The notes below the pieces were generated by a model. It was not told the DNA's origin and searched no databases. It saw only the letters and a program-made list of their open reading frames with translations. Positions 36,933 to 51,107 of a stretch of 64,000 nucleotides of DNA are shown here, in pieces (position 1 is the first letter of the stretch; every line of letters starts with the position of its first letter). Source of the DNA: Octopus vulgaris (lineage: Eukaryota); contig OX597821.1 of assembly GCA_951406725.2 (NCBI GenBank), positions 75,144,001 through 75,208,000 of the forward strand, read 5' to 3'. The position numbers and the translations under genes are program-made.

Positions 36933-39683
36933 AAATAATGATAAGTTTTCCTTACGTTTTGCGTTCGAATTTCACCGAAGTCAACATTACTTCTCGTCCC
37001 GACAAATTAAACAACCAGTCCAGTTGGTGGAATGCTGGAATTATTCTGCAGCACTTGCTTGTGTTCTGTATACCCAGACAGATGTGCTGCGCTTGTCTAT
37101 AGCTAACTTACAAACAATTCTACCACATAATTCCAATACCCTAAGGACGGCAGCAACAAACTATCAGATATCGTGTCCCAGGAAACCTTTTCGAAGTAGA
37201 GTAATTTTTAAAACAAGGGTTGTTTGCGAAATAATGGCGCAGAAACCATCTTAAGTCCTGTAAATTGTATTGAGGTATTTTATAACTGGCATTTAAATTT
37301 TGAAGTTAAATTTCATTTGGGATAACTTTATTCCTTCTACCGAATTCGATTTACATATTGTATCGCTTGACCAACCTGCTACATTCCTTTTTTTTTTTGC
37401 ATATCAATGATCAAATATCGATATCAGTCAGTTTTGTTAGAAGTATACCAGTAGAGTTGTAGACCTGTGCAATCAACTATGTAACACCACTTCATAAATT
37501 AGAGTTCGACATGTAATACTGATAATCAAAATGACTTGGTGGGGAAAGAGGTTTGTCCGAGAATGGAAAAAACTTCTCACTGGTCTGGTTTGCAATGAAC
37601 TCAACTAGATTAACCATGAGTATGTTTAATGTTATGGTGATTAGGCACAAAATGCTGTATCTTATCTGAACGGAGAAATGGAGGCAATACCGACGTAAAT
37701 GAAGCGGAACGGTCTGTGTCGGGGATAGGAAATATGCTGCTGTATCTGTTTTCCTTGCTGTGTGAGGCTAATGAGAAATATTCTAAATAACTACTTCCCG
37801 ATACAATATCTATGTCCTCCTTCCATTCAAAATATTTCCATTCTATTTTATATTAATATATTTCATAAAATTCGAGACACCAGAATATATTTTTTGAAGC
37901 GTAACTGTACACTATTTACAACTAATTGAATTTAAATCACCTCGCTATTAAAAGGGATTTAGGATGGTGGGGTGCTGGTTTTTAGATTTACAGGCAAAAA
38001 TTGCAGTGAATTATCGATTTCTTACCAAACACATAGGTTGTACTTCGAAATATGTTTCTAACGATATTCTAAAAATCGATGGCTTTGCATAGTTATGTTA
38101 AGATGTTACGTTTACACGACGTCCTGTTTGCTATTAATAAAACAGGCTTATAACCCTCAATTGTTATCTATAAATTATGCAAGTTAATTAATTTTATGTT
38201 AGTTCAGAAAAACAGAAAACCATTGCTGAAGTTTCTTCAGCGATATAGATATCTAACCTCATTTTCTTTATCTTATAAATCAACTCTGGCGACCTTTAGT
38301 TTGCAGCAATATATATTACAATGTAATCTTATATAATGATTAAGCTTAATTTTAGATATATTTCTTACACATGATGAAACCCCTCTGATATAACTATATC
38401 CATTAATCGACTGACTCATATAATTTCTAATATCCAGATTCACGTGTCTGGATATTTCTCGCATTTTTTTCTTACAAGAGAATCATAAAATTCAACGCGA
38501 GGTAGCAAATTTGATGACCACAAATTTGCAGAGTGAGTAGGATCTTCTTTACGTACAGAAATATGTACATATATGGGCATTATTATGTTACTAGAATCTT
38601 TACAATTACTTACAAATAAGTTCTTTATTACACTGAATATAATTGGTTTTCACCATTTATTTACTTTCCATATGTAACACTAATCAAACCAAATATGTAC
38701 GATTCGATCAGATAAAGAGCAATTCACCAACGTTCCGCGAAAAGCAAATTAAAAATTTGAGAATTATCAGAAGTTTAATTTTAACACATTCATTAGTGTG
38801 AAGTAGTGATGCTAAAAACGAAATATGATAAACAAATGCGAATTCGTGGGTGGGGATCCAATTTCACGAGTTGACGCTTTGTATTTCTTCAGCGGTTCTC
38901 AGTAATTCCCAATTTCAAGACATATATGTGAGGTAAGATCGAGCCCAGCTACTTAGAAATAACTAAATTCAGAGTAATGTGGACATAGCAGGTCTTTACA
39001 CAACTTGCAAGGATGAATTCAAAATGTCTTAACCATGAAGAGAACGTAAGAAACACCATAAATTGTGTTTCCATTTTACGAAATTTAGGAAATCTCATTG
39101 TCAGCTTCAATTTCATGAAGAAATCAATAAAATATATAATTCAGAGCTGTTAGTATTTTCTCTCGAAATGAAGCGTTTAATTAATTACTAAATACCAATA
39201 TCGTTCCCGTGACTTTAACTTAATAGAAAATTATACATAAAATGAAATATACTGAGGTCCTTCGAACACACGTAGAAAATTCTGAACAATCTCTCGACTT
39301 GTTCGAAATAGTGTACACCTGTCCTTTAAGTTAATACTTGCTATCTGAAAAAATATGAGGGAATACACAGGATTGTGTGGCTCTAAATACACAATGTCTG
39401 AGAAAATAATTAAGATGATTGAGACGAGAGGATGAACAACACTAACAAAAATATAAGAATACACGGGGCACAACATAAGCAGACTTCGAGCCGAATGCAC
39501 GAATTACTTTTAATTCCAAAGAGATTCGAATAGGACACAAATACACAGATATGCGTCTTTGTGAATTTATATGTTTGTGCGCATATGAAGTGTTGCTTTT
39601 CACGATTTTTGAAATGATCAGGTTTACACACTCACTCACGAAAACACACAGATACATACATATATACATACATACATATATAT

Positions 39684-39733
<50 letters not shown>

Positions 39734-39986
39734 ATATATATATATACACGGGTCTAGACGTATAAATCCTATCCATAAACGGCACAGTGGAAATTTTAAC
39801 ACATTTCAAAAATGCTCCACCTTAGATTCTTTAAATAAATATATGTCTACACATATTTATGTGTACATACACAGGTACATACGTAAAAAGTTAAGGTGCA
39901 TGCTCAAACACACACACACACATACACACACTCACACACACACATACCTATGTATGTGTGTGTTTGTTTATATACATATATATATG

Positions 39987-40043
<57 letters not shown>

Positions 40044-40070
40044 TTACATATACATATATACATATATTAA

Positions 40071-40594
40071 TTTAATTTTGGGGCATTAATCGATATGCGG
40101 GTATTCTATTTCAGATAATACAAAAATAACCTAATATGTATATCTGTCAATAAAGTCATGGTATCAGTTTGCACATCACGAAATAATGCTTAAAGGATAT
40201 ATACAAAATTATCAGCAGGATGTATAATATACTTCATTAATTATATCCTACTTTAGTAAATACTTATATTTATTAAATATGAAGGAACTACACGTGTTTC
40301 AGTATGGGATGAATACAATATATATACATATACACAACTGTATACCTATATATATATGCATATATAAATACATATACTAATTGATATTTATAATGTATAT
40401 TTTATATATTTTAATTCTTAATATTACAAAGTATAATTTTAATTTTTAATTTTTAATTCTTAATTTTTAATCTTTAATGCTTAATTATATTACATACATT
40501 TAAAGGGATGTAAAATCAGATATATTATATTTTGAAATAGAACCTGAAGATTGTTGGAATAATTGTAAATCTGACGATTGCATATATGTATTTA

Positions 40595-40668
<74 letters not shown>

Positions 40669-40946
40669 TGTACCGTTGTGTATATGTATATATATATTGT
40701 AATCTTCCAATACTGAAACACTTGTAGTTCCTTCATTTTTAATAAATATAAGTATTAACTAAAGCAGGATATAATTAATGAATTATATTATACACCCTGC
40801 TGGTAATTTTGGTTATATCTTTTAATTATTATATCGTGATGTGCAAACTGATACCATGAGTTTACTGTCAGATATACTCATTACGTTATTTTGTATTATC
40901 TGAAACAGAATACCCTCACATCGATTGATTCCCCAAAACTGAATTG
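40071..40946. repeat. Fold-back inverted repeat with ~280-bp diverged arms (40071-40351 / 40660-40946)
   Basis: e.g. CATGGTATCAGTTTGCACATCACGA vs TCGTGATGTGCAAACTGATACCATG; the arms are collinear throughout. Confidence 0.9.
40540..40730 (+). ncRNA. Type I hammerhead with a microsatellite-expanded stem II
   Basis: GAAC-CTGAAGA-T-TGTTGGA...(TA)n...TCCAATA-CT-GAAAC-ACTT-GTA^-GTTC. The mirror arm has the palindromic form GAAAC-ACGT-GTA. Confidence 0.55.
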
Positions 40947-41140
40947 ATATTGACTTTTATCAGATACTTTGTATATTCATAGATAAATATATAAAAATAT
41001 ACGATAAATAAGACCCCAAAGTACGATATGTAAATGCATATAACGCTGAAGAGATGCACCTGATTCATTTGGAAATTTGTTTTTCCAAATTATTTATATT
41101 AAATATATGTATATATACATATATATACATACATACATAT

Positions 41141-41277
<137 letters not shown>

Positions 41278-41342
41278 GTCCCGGGTTGATTCGGGGTTAA
41301 CCACAGTAAGTAAGGTACTCAATACATAGCAGAGTAAAATTA

Positions 41343-41456
41343 ATTTATTATATAGAAGGAGCTTCTACAGGACTAGTACTGTTTCATTCAAGAGAAATCT
41401 TCCTGAAGATTTCTCTTGAATGAAACAGTACTAGTCCTGTAAACTCCTTCTATATA

Positions 41457-41462
<6 letters not shown>
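41343..41462. repeat. Near-perfect fold-back (60/58-bp arms, 2-nt loop) centred on a hammerhead core
   Basis: 37-bp perfect inner arms. The right arm reads CTGAAGA-TTTCTCTTGAAT-GAAAC-AGTACTA-GTC-CTGTA. Confidence 0.9.
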
Positions 41463-41514
<52 letters not shown>

Positions 41515-44500
41515 TCATATACATATATGAATATATATACATATTTATACGGATATGTGTGCAAGTATGTGTGTTTGTGTGTATGATGGTCGATTTTTAC
41601 CATTCTTTTCTCATTGACGCTTCGGTTTTTAGGCTTTTCATTCCTGAATCATCTCATGAGTTAAGACTGCTGATATTTTCTTAACGTTTTTTTTTTGTGA
41701 CTAACATAGTGTAGAATTATGCCAAGCATCTCAATGGAAGCAGTTCCGTCCTTGTGTGTCTATATTAACGGTTCAACCTGGATGTAAATCACCGCACTTT
41801 TGACCATAAAACACAGCAGAGCACGAATAGAATCGTGACTGAGTTTAGGGTTGTGTTTGTGCATTGGCACGAACATACGCACAAACTCTCTCTCTCTCTC
41901 TCACATACACACACATACACACACACACACAAACTAATACATGCACACATACACACACACACACTCAGGCATATACAGAAACAAACAAAACTCATATGCA
42001 TATACGATTGTCTACATGCATATACGATTGTCTACATGCATGTAGACGAACACACAAACGCTTGCACTCATTATCGTAAGTGTGTGTGTGTGTGTGTATT
42101 CCATTCGCAATTATTTTTTATTTCTTAGATTTAAAGAAAAAAATATCTCGTTTTTACATTTCAAATTTAAACACTTGGCTCAATCGAAATCAATTCTGAC
42201 AATGTTTCGTATTACAAGTACTAAAAAAAGAAAAAAACGAAAAAAAAAACGGGGAAAAAATTGCATCATTCTATCATTTGGAGATATCGTTTTGTAGACG
42301 AAACGTTCGACTTCCTGTCTGGGTACATTATTTTTTCTGATCTACTATTTCAACTGCACTTGAAATTCATACAAATTAATACGTGGCTAGAATGAGAATT
42401 AGAATTATTGAAGCTAAATTGTGTGAGGAAATATAGGAGCTAAAACTAAGGGCGAGTAGGATAATAAATTTATTAGACGTGCGACGGAAGCAAGTCGCTG
42501 GCTGGTGCCTGATGTTTAGCAATGAAGTTTTTGAGATTAAGAATTTGGACAGTTCTCTACTTCTTCAAATATGTTTCCAACCAGTCAAGATACAGATGTG
42601 GTTTCTGTTCTTACTGAATACAATAAAATTCTCTTAAATCATTAATACACTTGAAAATATTACGGGATATGTATGAGATCTCCAAAATAAAGTTCGGATG
42701 TAATTATTCAGAGTCACACCAATTTCTGTAGAAAAAGTGACCGAGGAATTGTGGTGTATCCTAAAACCGGATAAGTTTTTCTTTTATATTGTTGCTTTCA
42801 AATTGCATTGTACGAATACGCCCATTAACTTCGCAAAAACGTTAATGAAAAGAAACGTAATCTGCAGTTGGTACACTGGACTCGGTTCAGCTAATCTACG
42901 TCCTCGGTTTACACATGTCATAACCCAGGATCATGCTAGGCGCTCGATGTGTAAAACAATGTGTACTGTTCTTGAAGCGTTGATATATGTCTAAAGATAT
43001 AATCTATGCATGTGTTTGAATGAATTATATTTACATATGTAATGCATGACTTGGCAGAAATGTCAATTGGTTAGACAACATGGGTGGTGCTATATGTTCA
43101 AGCCTTTTGCATTATGAGTTCAAATCCCACTATGACTTCAATGGGCGGTAGTCCTAATCCGAGACAGAGTTCAACACCTTTAACTGGTCGTTAGGTGACT
43201 TCAGCGACATCAAATCTATTGTAAGTATTCGGATAATATGCTTTCTGATTTAAGAACATCTTCCCCCTCACCGCCATCCTCTCTCAAAGACTGTAAAATG
43301 TCACTGGTACTGCTTTAAATTTTGGCCAAAGATTACACCTCTCTCCACATATATACGTTTACATGTATAATGTATGTCTGAAGGCATAATATACGTCTAC
43401 ACAGATAATATAAGTATTTTGTTTACATATATGTATCAACAAAGCGAAGAAGCGGCTCCATGAATGTTAACTATGATGGCCAATGACTATTGACAAGTAG
43501 TTGAGCTATCTAGTAAACATATCAATGAAAACAGCTTGACTTGAGTTTTGTCGTATTTAATGATATTGTAATATTGTGACGCCGGTTTTGAAATTTATTC
43601 AGCGACATCGTGCTGAAATTTAAATTTTATAAGTAAAACGAAAAGTGTGGATGAAAAAATTCAATGTTAATCCTGGGTAATAAAGCCAAGACAGACTATT
43701 CTAAGAATTGAAATTAATTATCATTTAGAATGGAAGACGCATGCAGTGGGGTCTAATTTAAATATTTGTGTGTACGTCGACCAGAGATAGTTTAGATAAA
43801 TAAATAGGGGATAAACTTAATTTAAAAGAATTTAATCACCATTTATTGGGATGTGGCTGGTTCTTCTGAGTTCAGGAGATTGTTTTAAAGAAACTATTTG
43901 ATTATGCTTGCTAATTGAATAAATAAATGTGTAACTCATTTTCAAACATTTTTCTTCTTCGGTAACACATTCAAATATCGATAAATTGTTCACTGTCACA
44001 TTTCGATGAGTTTCCGAATATTTATGCATATAAATTGGAATGCTGTCTCTCTCAGGGTTACGATTCGAGAAGCTTTAATCTCTAATAAAGCATTGGTACA
44101 CTACAAATGTTCACTTAGCGATATATACCTCCTTAATTCATGGCACCATCCGACAATAGACGGTGCTATAAAAGTTGAAAAGCAGTCTGAATATTTTCGT
44201 AAGAAACGTACCAACATCGAAAATCATATAATATACACGACTGAGTATGTGCTGAAGACATATTTCGCCAATATCGTAAGCATGGATGCCACCAAAGAAC
44301 GTATTTTCAGTTTCAGATGTCGAAAATGTCTCTACTACAACCTACCTATTCCACAGGCAGAAGACTAGACTCTGATGTTTTCAAAATTACAGAAATTATA
44401 AGAATCTAAGACTTTCTCGTTATTTGATACAAACATCTAACATACGAAAATGCTTGACACATACGTGATTTTTTAGACGAAATCTAAAATATGCATGTAA

Positions 44501-46373
44501 AGGGTCGCCTCCTATTCCAGATACAGTCTTCTAACAATATTGCTATTAAATGAAAATCATTTCCATCACTGATCTATTAAGAATGAAACATATCTATCAG
44601 CCTAAAAATGGACGATAGAGCAGAGACTTTAACGTTATGTAAACCATAAATTTCCTCCAAAGAGATATATGTTCGATAAAGGATTTATTCCAAGTAGTGA
44701 TTTGGACATTATTTCATTATGCGCAGAAAGAAATCTTTGTTACTTTTCTCTAATTTGCTCAAAGTTAAACGTTGCGAACAGGAATCGAATGATATAGCGA
44801 TGGAATTGTAAGATGGTATTGAGTTGTGTGAGTTGATATGGTTGTTTACCTTAGGTGTTATTCTGATGATGATTCCCTTCCACAGAGTTCGCTATTTATC
44901 GTGTTGAAAGACTAAGAATTTGGGAAGTACTAATGGCCACACAACGGATACCATAGGAAGGAGTTCAACTTATTTAGCGTTAGACTGAAAAGCCACAGTA
45001 GATAAGAATATAAGCCTAGCGGTATTCTTAGAAGTAATTACAAGATTTATCTTTTGGTATATGTTACACATCTATCAAGAAGCAAATCAATATATAAACT
45101 CCAAACAAACTTTCGATATTCACGACAAAGTAGTGAAGAACATTAATACGTACACATCCTTAAACTCGGCTGCTCGTCAGTATAATGTCACAATAAATCA
45201 CTCTATCATCAATTCATCCGAAAACAGGAAATAAATCATTGCATAATAGAATTCACCTTATAGTTTTAATGCTTGTTCCAATATTGCCAAGAAACTTTCT
45301 ATTCCTTATTCTCACAACCAATACAAATTAGCAAATAGATCCTTCTGCATGTAACGTCGACATTCCCAATATCTGTTCTTTCAAAGGTATTCGTTTAAGT
45401 TGAGGTCTTCTTGCAGAAAACAGTGAGAAAAATGTTATACATAATTTACTGAAAACCCCTTTTCCAGAACATTGTGCCTAAAAATGTATACACGCAGCCA
45501 CTCAGGAATAAAACTCATCATATCGCTCTTCAAACACAGATATAGTTTAAAAGATGATAGAAAGAATCGTTCTAAATAACACTTTAATGAGTATCGCAAA
45601 AAAGGATCAACGGAGTCATGCTTTGGTCATGTCGTTCTATAAAGCAAATATGATTTATAATTGCACGTCCTCTATTGCATCGTGTATATTGTCGAACAAA
45701 AACAGTATACTTAAACATTTATAGCTCAAGCAAGTAGCGAAAAAAATGAATAGATCAGTTTAAAAGAAGTGGCGAAATTTTTCATTGAAATATTTATTTA
45801 AAACTATTCACACGCAATTTTAAAGTAAAAACATTGCTAAGATTTTCAAAACTTAGTCTTTAGAGCCGAGATTGTTTGTGCCCTTTTCTAAAGGAATAAT
45901 TGATTTCCGATGAATAATAGGAAATCATTGCTTAATTACAGAGTAATATTTCCACTAAATGCACGTGTGTCATAAAGGACATTCAATCTATCAGACAACA
46001 ACACTCAAAGTCTGACTTGCTCCACTGGTTAGTTATCTAATATTGTTACTGCCATCAGAGAGGCCACCATCCTCTTTCATAAAAAAAAGGAGGATGGAAC
46101 TTCATAATTTTAAATTACCAGTGATGTTCTTTGCTTTTAATTAATTTACCGAAAATTGGTGTTAAAAAAAAATTAATGATGATTTTGAATCTCAAAGAAG
46201 TCCAATTAACATTCTATCAGCTGTTCAATGCTGATTTCTTGGGCAATTAATAACTTTAGTGGTTTATTACTAAGGAAATTCTATGCCTTCCAATAGTAAC
46301 GGATTACATTTTCTCCTAATTTGTGCTTCGCCAATTTATTATTATCATTATAATAATAATAATAATAATAATA

Positions 46374-46407
<34 letters not shown>

Positions 46408-46873
46408 GCATGGTAATAATCGTAATTGTCATTGTTATTAGTATTGTTATTATTATTGCCGTTGTTCTTGTTATATTAAATTCTGCATTTGATATGGAAT
46501 GTTTCTGTTAATAAAAATATTTGAACCTAGTTTCATCATGTTTGTCACAGAAATCATAAAAATTGCTCAATTAGAATTCAAGATAATATCCACTATATGT
46601 TAGAGTCATATGAATTGTCTTAATAAGTTGTGGAGGCGCTTTTAGTTTAATCCAGTAATCCTATAAAACACTTTGTATGTTATTCACAAAAAAAGGGAAT
46701 AAAATTTCAAAGACAATCAGTTTTTTTTTGTTCCAGAAATTAGGTAAACAAAATTAACTACAAAGTGATAGTATGTTGTCAACTTAATGTGACGGTCCCA
46801 TGAAAAGAAAGAATGCTACTGTTATTTAGCCCTAGGATAGGCGGATAGGCATCGACTTCTACAAGCCATGCTA

Positions 46874-46918
46874 CTCCAGACTGATGATGAGCAAGGACTC
46901 TGAAACTAGTCTCTGGAG
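46874..46918 (+). ncRNA. Minimal type I hammerhead ribozyme (best conserved in the window)
   Basis: CTCCAGA-CTGATGA-T-GAG caagga CTC-T-GAAAC-TA-GTC^-TCTGGAG: 7-bp stem I, palindromic ACTAGT, GUC site at 46909-46911. Confidence 0.85.
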
Positions 46919-47476
46919 GCTGGCTTTGCTGTTTTGAGGTGCAAGCCAGGAGGGGGTCGAAACTGACATTTCAGAGTTCTTCGCTTTGAAACCAAAAGAG
47001 TTTTACATTGATGGGATTAAAAAAGCTTGTAAATAGATGGAAGGAAGTCATAGATAATCAGGGAAAGTACATTGGTGATTAAATTTCAATTAAATATAAC
47101 ATTTGATTACTTGGTTTCTTTATTCAAAATTCGGACAGAACTTATGGGATGACCTAACACATTGACTACGTTTCTTGTGTATAGATCACTTAATCCATCA
47201 TCAAAATTTATAAAGAATATTCACTATTTAAAGTCAGTCTTCTTTATAATTAATACTTAATGATTACTAAACTGTTTTGTTAGTGAATCTCGTATAATTC
47301 TTGTGTGCGCATGCATTTTATATTGAAGTTTTAGAGAATGATGTGTTTTTGCCTTTTATAACCTCTAAACATTTTGTCGTTTGGTTACAAGATCGAAACA
47401 AGGTTTATTTATTGCATTATTGAGAGATTTTGTTATACAACAATACAATATTATTTGAATATCATTTTGTTTCCGC

Positions 47477-47680
<204 letters not shown>

Positions 47681-48671
47681 GTATAAGTTATCTCTTAATA
47701 TGATGAATGTACAAAGTTTTGTGATGGACCTTTATAAAATTGCTGATTGGAACCAAATGAATCTGGTTCAACAGATATGCATTGTATTCTTTAGAGAAAA
47801 TTGTTAAACAATCGTCAAATATGTGGAAATTGAATTTACGACGAATCCTCTAACACACTTTATGTACACAAATGAAGGATAAAGATTTTCGTGCAAATAT
47901 TTAAGGGACGTTAAGCTAATTGAAAGTTAGATAGGGATATAAAAGAAAGAAATAACTGATTGCTGAAATAGATGATCCCAAAGTATATTAATTTCAGACT
48001 TGTACCATGAAATCTTCGATTAATGTGTTTACTTGTTCTGATAAGCTTCCAAGCCCATTGGTGTCACTGCTGACAGTTCTAAGGACTATTTATTTATAAT
48101 TGCCATTTATCCGATTAATATTACGAAGTTAGATTTTATTATCAGAGGGCATGTTATTATGATAGTAAAATGAGTCTTTTAGAAAAGAGACAAAGTATAT
48201 TTAATTTGTTGGGCTTATTTTAGATTTATAGTGGTTAAAATGAAAGGCGGCTAGCTAGAGTCGTTAACTAGCCGGACAAAATGTTTAACGAAATTTCGTC
48301 TGTCTTTACGTTTTTAGTTCAAATTCCATCGATGTCATCCCACTTAAGCACTGGGGTCGATATAACGTGTGTTAAAAAAAATAATTCTGGTGCCGAGCAC
48401 GTGTGGCTTTTAAAATCGGTAAGCACATGTTTAACTACACTTAGCTGAGATAGCATACCTGTTTGTATGACTCGCATACACTAACTGACACACACATCCT
48501 CACACAGCCAGACTTCCATGCATAAATATTTCTGAATTACATTGGAATCGAATACTTAACATATTAATGAATTTATGACGATCGACAAATAATTGTTTGT
48601 CGCTAAGAATATCTATGAAATTACATTATTAATCAATTGGTCTGTTAATCTTTTGTTCTATATATTTTCAG

Positions 48672-48860
48672 GATTATCGCTGGAATCTTTACTGGATTAA
48701 ACAAAAGGAAGTCGTCAAGCCTTTTAATTAAAGGTTCCTTGATAGAAAATGGCGGAAAATTCCAGGAAGATGTCGTAGATTTATCTGTGTATAACAAGAG
48801 GCATCTCAAAAGTAGAAAGGCACAAAATTATATGCATAAATATTCAATGGGATGTGTATA
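48672..48860 (+). other. Possible terminal exon of an unknown transcript
   Basis: Pyrimidine tract and TTTTCAG acceptor followed by ~60 open codons (IIAGIFTGLNKRK...YSMGCV*); no recognisable domain. Confidence 0.2.
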
Positions 48861-49170
48861 ATTGCTTTTGAGATGACTGTGTACACAAATACCTACACAG
48901 GAACGCAGAAACACACATGCGCGCGCACAGATATACAGACAAAGAGAAACACACAAATACACACACACATACATACACACACAGACACAGGTGGTCTACA
49001 GCGATACTGGTCACATGTAACCCAGTAAATCCTATGGCACATTCGAGTTGTCGGTGACCAAACAGGCAACGCGACTAATTTTACGTAGTGAGTATAGTAG
49101 TTTTGCGGCACACGGTGAGTTATAAAGCAAGATATCTTAAAGATCCCTCTAATCACACAAAGCATACACA

Positions 49171-49208
<38 letters not shown>

Positions 49209-49265
49209 GATAAATTGCTAGCCACTAAACCTTTTTATTTTCTCTCCCTGTTTATTTCTGCGTTC

Positions 49266-49301
49266 CTTTCTGTTGAAGAGCGTAGGCTCGAAACGTAAAA
49301 G
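49266..49301 (+). ncRNA. Variant minimal hammerhead (CUGUUGA core) in a (TA)n-flanked repeat at 49205-49385
   Basis: CTTT-CTGTTGA-A-GAGC gtag GCTC-GAAAC-GTA^-AAAG, with an ACGT palindrome. Confidence 0.6.
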
Positions 49302-49406
49302 ATATTCTCACTTCCCGAGCGTTAAACTAATACATCTGTTTGTTGTTTACACACCTGTCTTCGTCTTTTGTTTTTTGTAAATTCTCTCTCTCTCACCCTC
49401 TCTCTC

Positions 49407-49486
<80 letters not shown>

Positions 49487-49577
49487 CAGTAAAATTTAGA
49501 TTCAGTTGAATATGGTACTTAAGTTAACTGCACCAGAATTAATATGGTATTATCCATATAATTCAAAATGGGGTGAT

Positions 49578-49680
49578 TATAATCAAAATATGCAGCGAGG
49601 ATATCCAGAGGTAAAATTCAATTGAACGGAGTCGCATGAAATAATCGTATTGGATTACCTCTGGATATCCTAGTTGCTTG

Positions 49681-49685
<5 letters not shown>
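49578..49685. repeat. Inverted repeat within a (TA)n-flanked insert (49483-49685)
   Basis: Perfect 17 bp AGGATATCCAGAGGTAA (49598-49614) / TTACCTCTGGATATCCT (49655-49671), extending imperfectly outward. Confidence 0.8.
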
Positions 49686-49727
<42 letters not shown>

Positions 49728-50199
49728 CACGAGGATTTAACAAATTTTGGTCTGGTGCACTGCTGTTCCTTTCTCCTACCAGAGTAAGTTAAATTATCAG
49801 CCGTAACATAGGCAATTAAGATAGAAAAGTCTGAAATTGTTTGTTCATTTAACCAACTTTCTGCGCTTAGCATTTCCAAAATCGTTGCTGGAGTTACAGA
49901 TGCCTTTGCTACTTGAAAGAAAGCATGTGCGTGAATCGTCTGAAGGCGATAATATTGGGTGTCAGACCATTAAAAGTTGAAGCCGACAGGTATGAGAAAT
50001 ATTGGTCTCCAGAAGACCCCAGGTGGCAGGTAACGCTATGTAAGTGCTATGGAAGGACCGTAGTTAAATTCTCGGTTCGATAACGATACGCGTGAGGAGT
50101 CTAATGCGGGTCTTGTATGAGCATGTATATATTTTATAAAAGGAGACAACAAAGCTAAGGCTGTGTGGAATTTTTCAGGACATTTATAAAGAGAAAGTT

Positions 50200-50245
50200 A
50201 GTCTTACAGCTGTTTCTTTGATATTATGGATATTTCTTCATCGTC
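50200..50245 (-). ncRNA. Inactivated paralogue of the 13977 hammerhead
   Basis: ACGATGA-A-GAAATATCCATAATATCAAA-GAAAC-AGCT-GTA-AGAC; the CUG and the 5' strand of stem I are lost. Confidence 0.55.
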
Positions 50246-50715
50246 ACTGCGGAGTTATGACTGCATTTTTGACATTGAGACCAAACAAACCTTTTTACAA
50301 ATGTTCCCTACGTTACAAGAATGGTGTCAGGAAGTAAATGATTGAAAGCATTAAAACATTATAACATGATATGATCATTATTTAGGAAAATTCAGGCGTT
50401 TCTTTTGAGTATTATACAAGACAAATTCAGCTGGGCAAAATTAAACATTTTTCTCAGTCTAGATAAGGTAAATTTCTCGCTACAGTTCTCCCGAGTACAG
50501 ACTCATATACGTCATTATCTATACATAGACATCAAAAAGGACAGAAATGCAAACAAGATTTAAAATATCTAGGTCAAATGAAAGAGGATGAGGGAAAATG
50601 GCTCAGCATATGAAATCAACGTAACTCAACTAAACGATAATGCAACATAAAATATTCTCCTTAGTTTCTTCACGATCTGCTGGACTTAGTCTCTTCGTGA
50701 TATATTTACACACCA

Positions 50716-51107
50716 AGGCAGCGTGCTGGCAGAAGCATTAGCACGCCGGGCGAAATGCTTAGCGGTATTTCGTCTGCCGTTACGTTCTGAGTTCGAATTC
50801 CGTCGAGGTCGACTTTGTCTTTCATCCTTTCGGGATCGATTAAATAAGTACCAGTTACGCACTAGGGTCGATATTATCGATTTAATCCGTTTGTCTGTCT
50901 TTGTTTGTCCTCTCTGTGTTTAGCCCCTTGTGGGTAGTAAAGAAATATGTATTTCGTCTGTCCTTACGTTCTGAGTTCAAATTCAGCCGAATTTTTGCCT
51001 TTCATCCTTTCGGAGTCGATAAATTAAGTACCAGTTGCATACTGGGGTCGATCTAATCGACTTTCCCCCTCCCGAAAATTTCAGGCCTCGTGTCTAGAGT
51101 AGAAAAG
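50716..51107 (+). mobile_element. SINE A dimer with 17-bp TSD
   Basis: GATATATTTACACACCA (50699-50715) / GATATATTTACGCACCA (51108-51124). Confidence 0.95.

Noticed and set aside
41387-41395. TTCAAGAGA synthetic shRNA loop
   Set aside because: It lies in the arm, not the loop, with no vector context; coincidence.
44006-44760. 120-aa ORF and possible old LINE remnant
   Set aside because: Only vague similarity, with no conserved motif or splice support.
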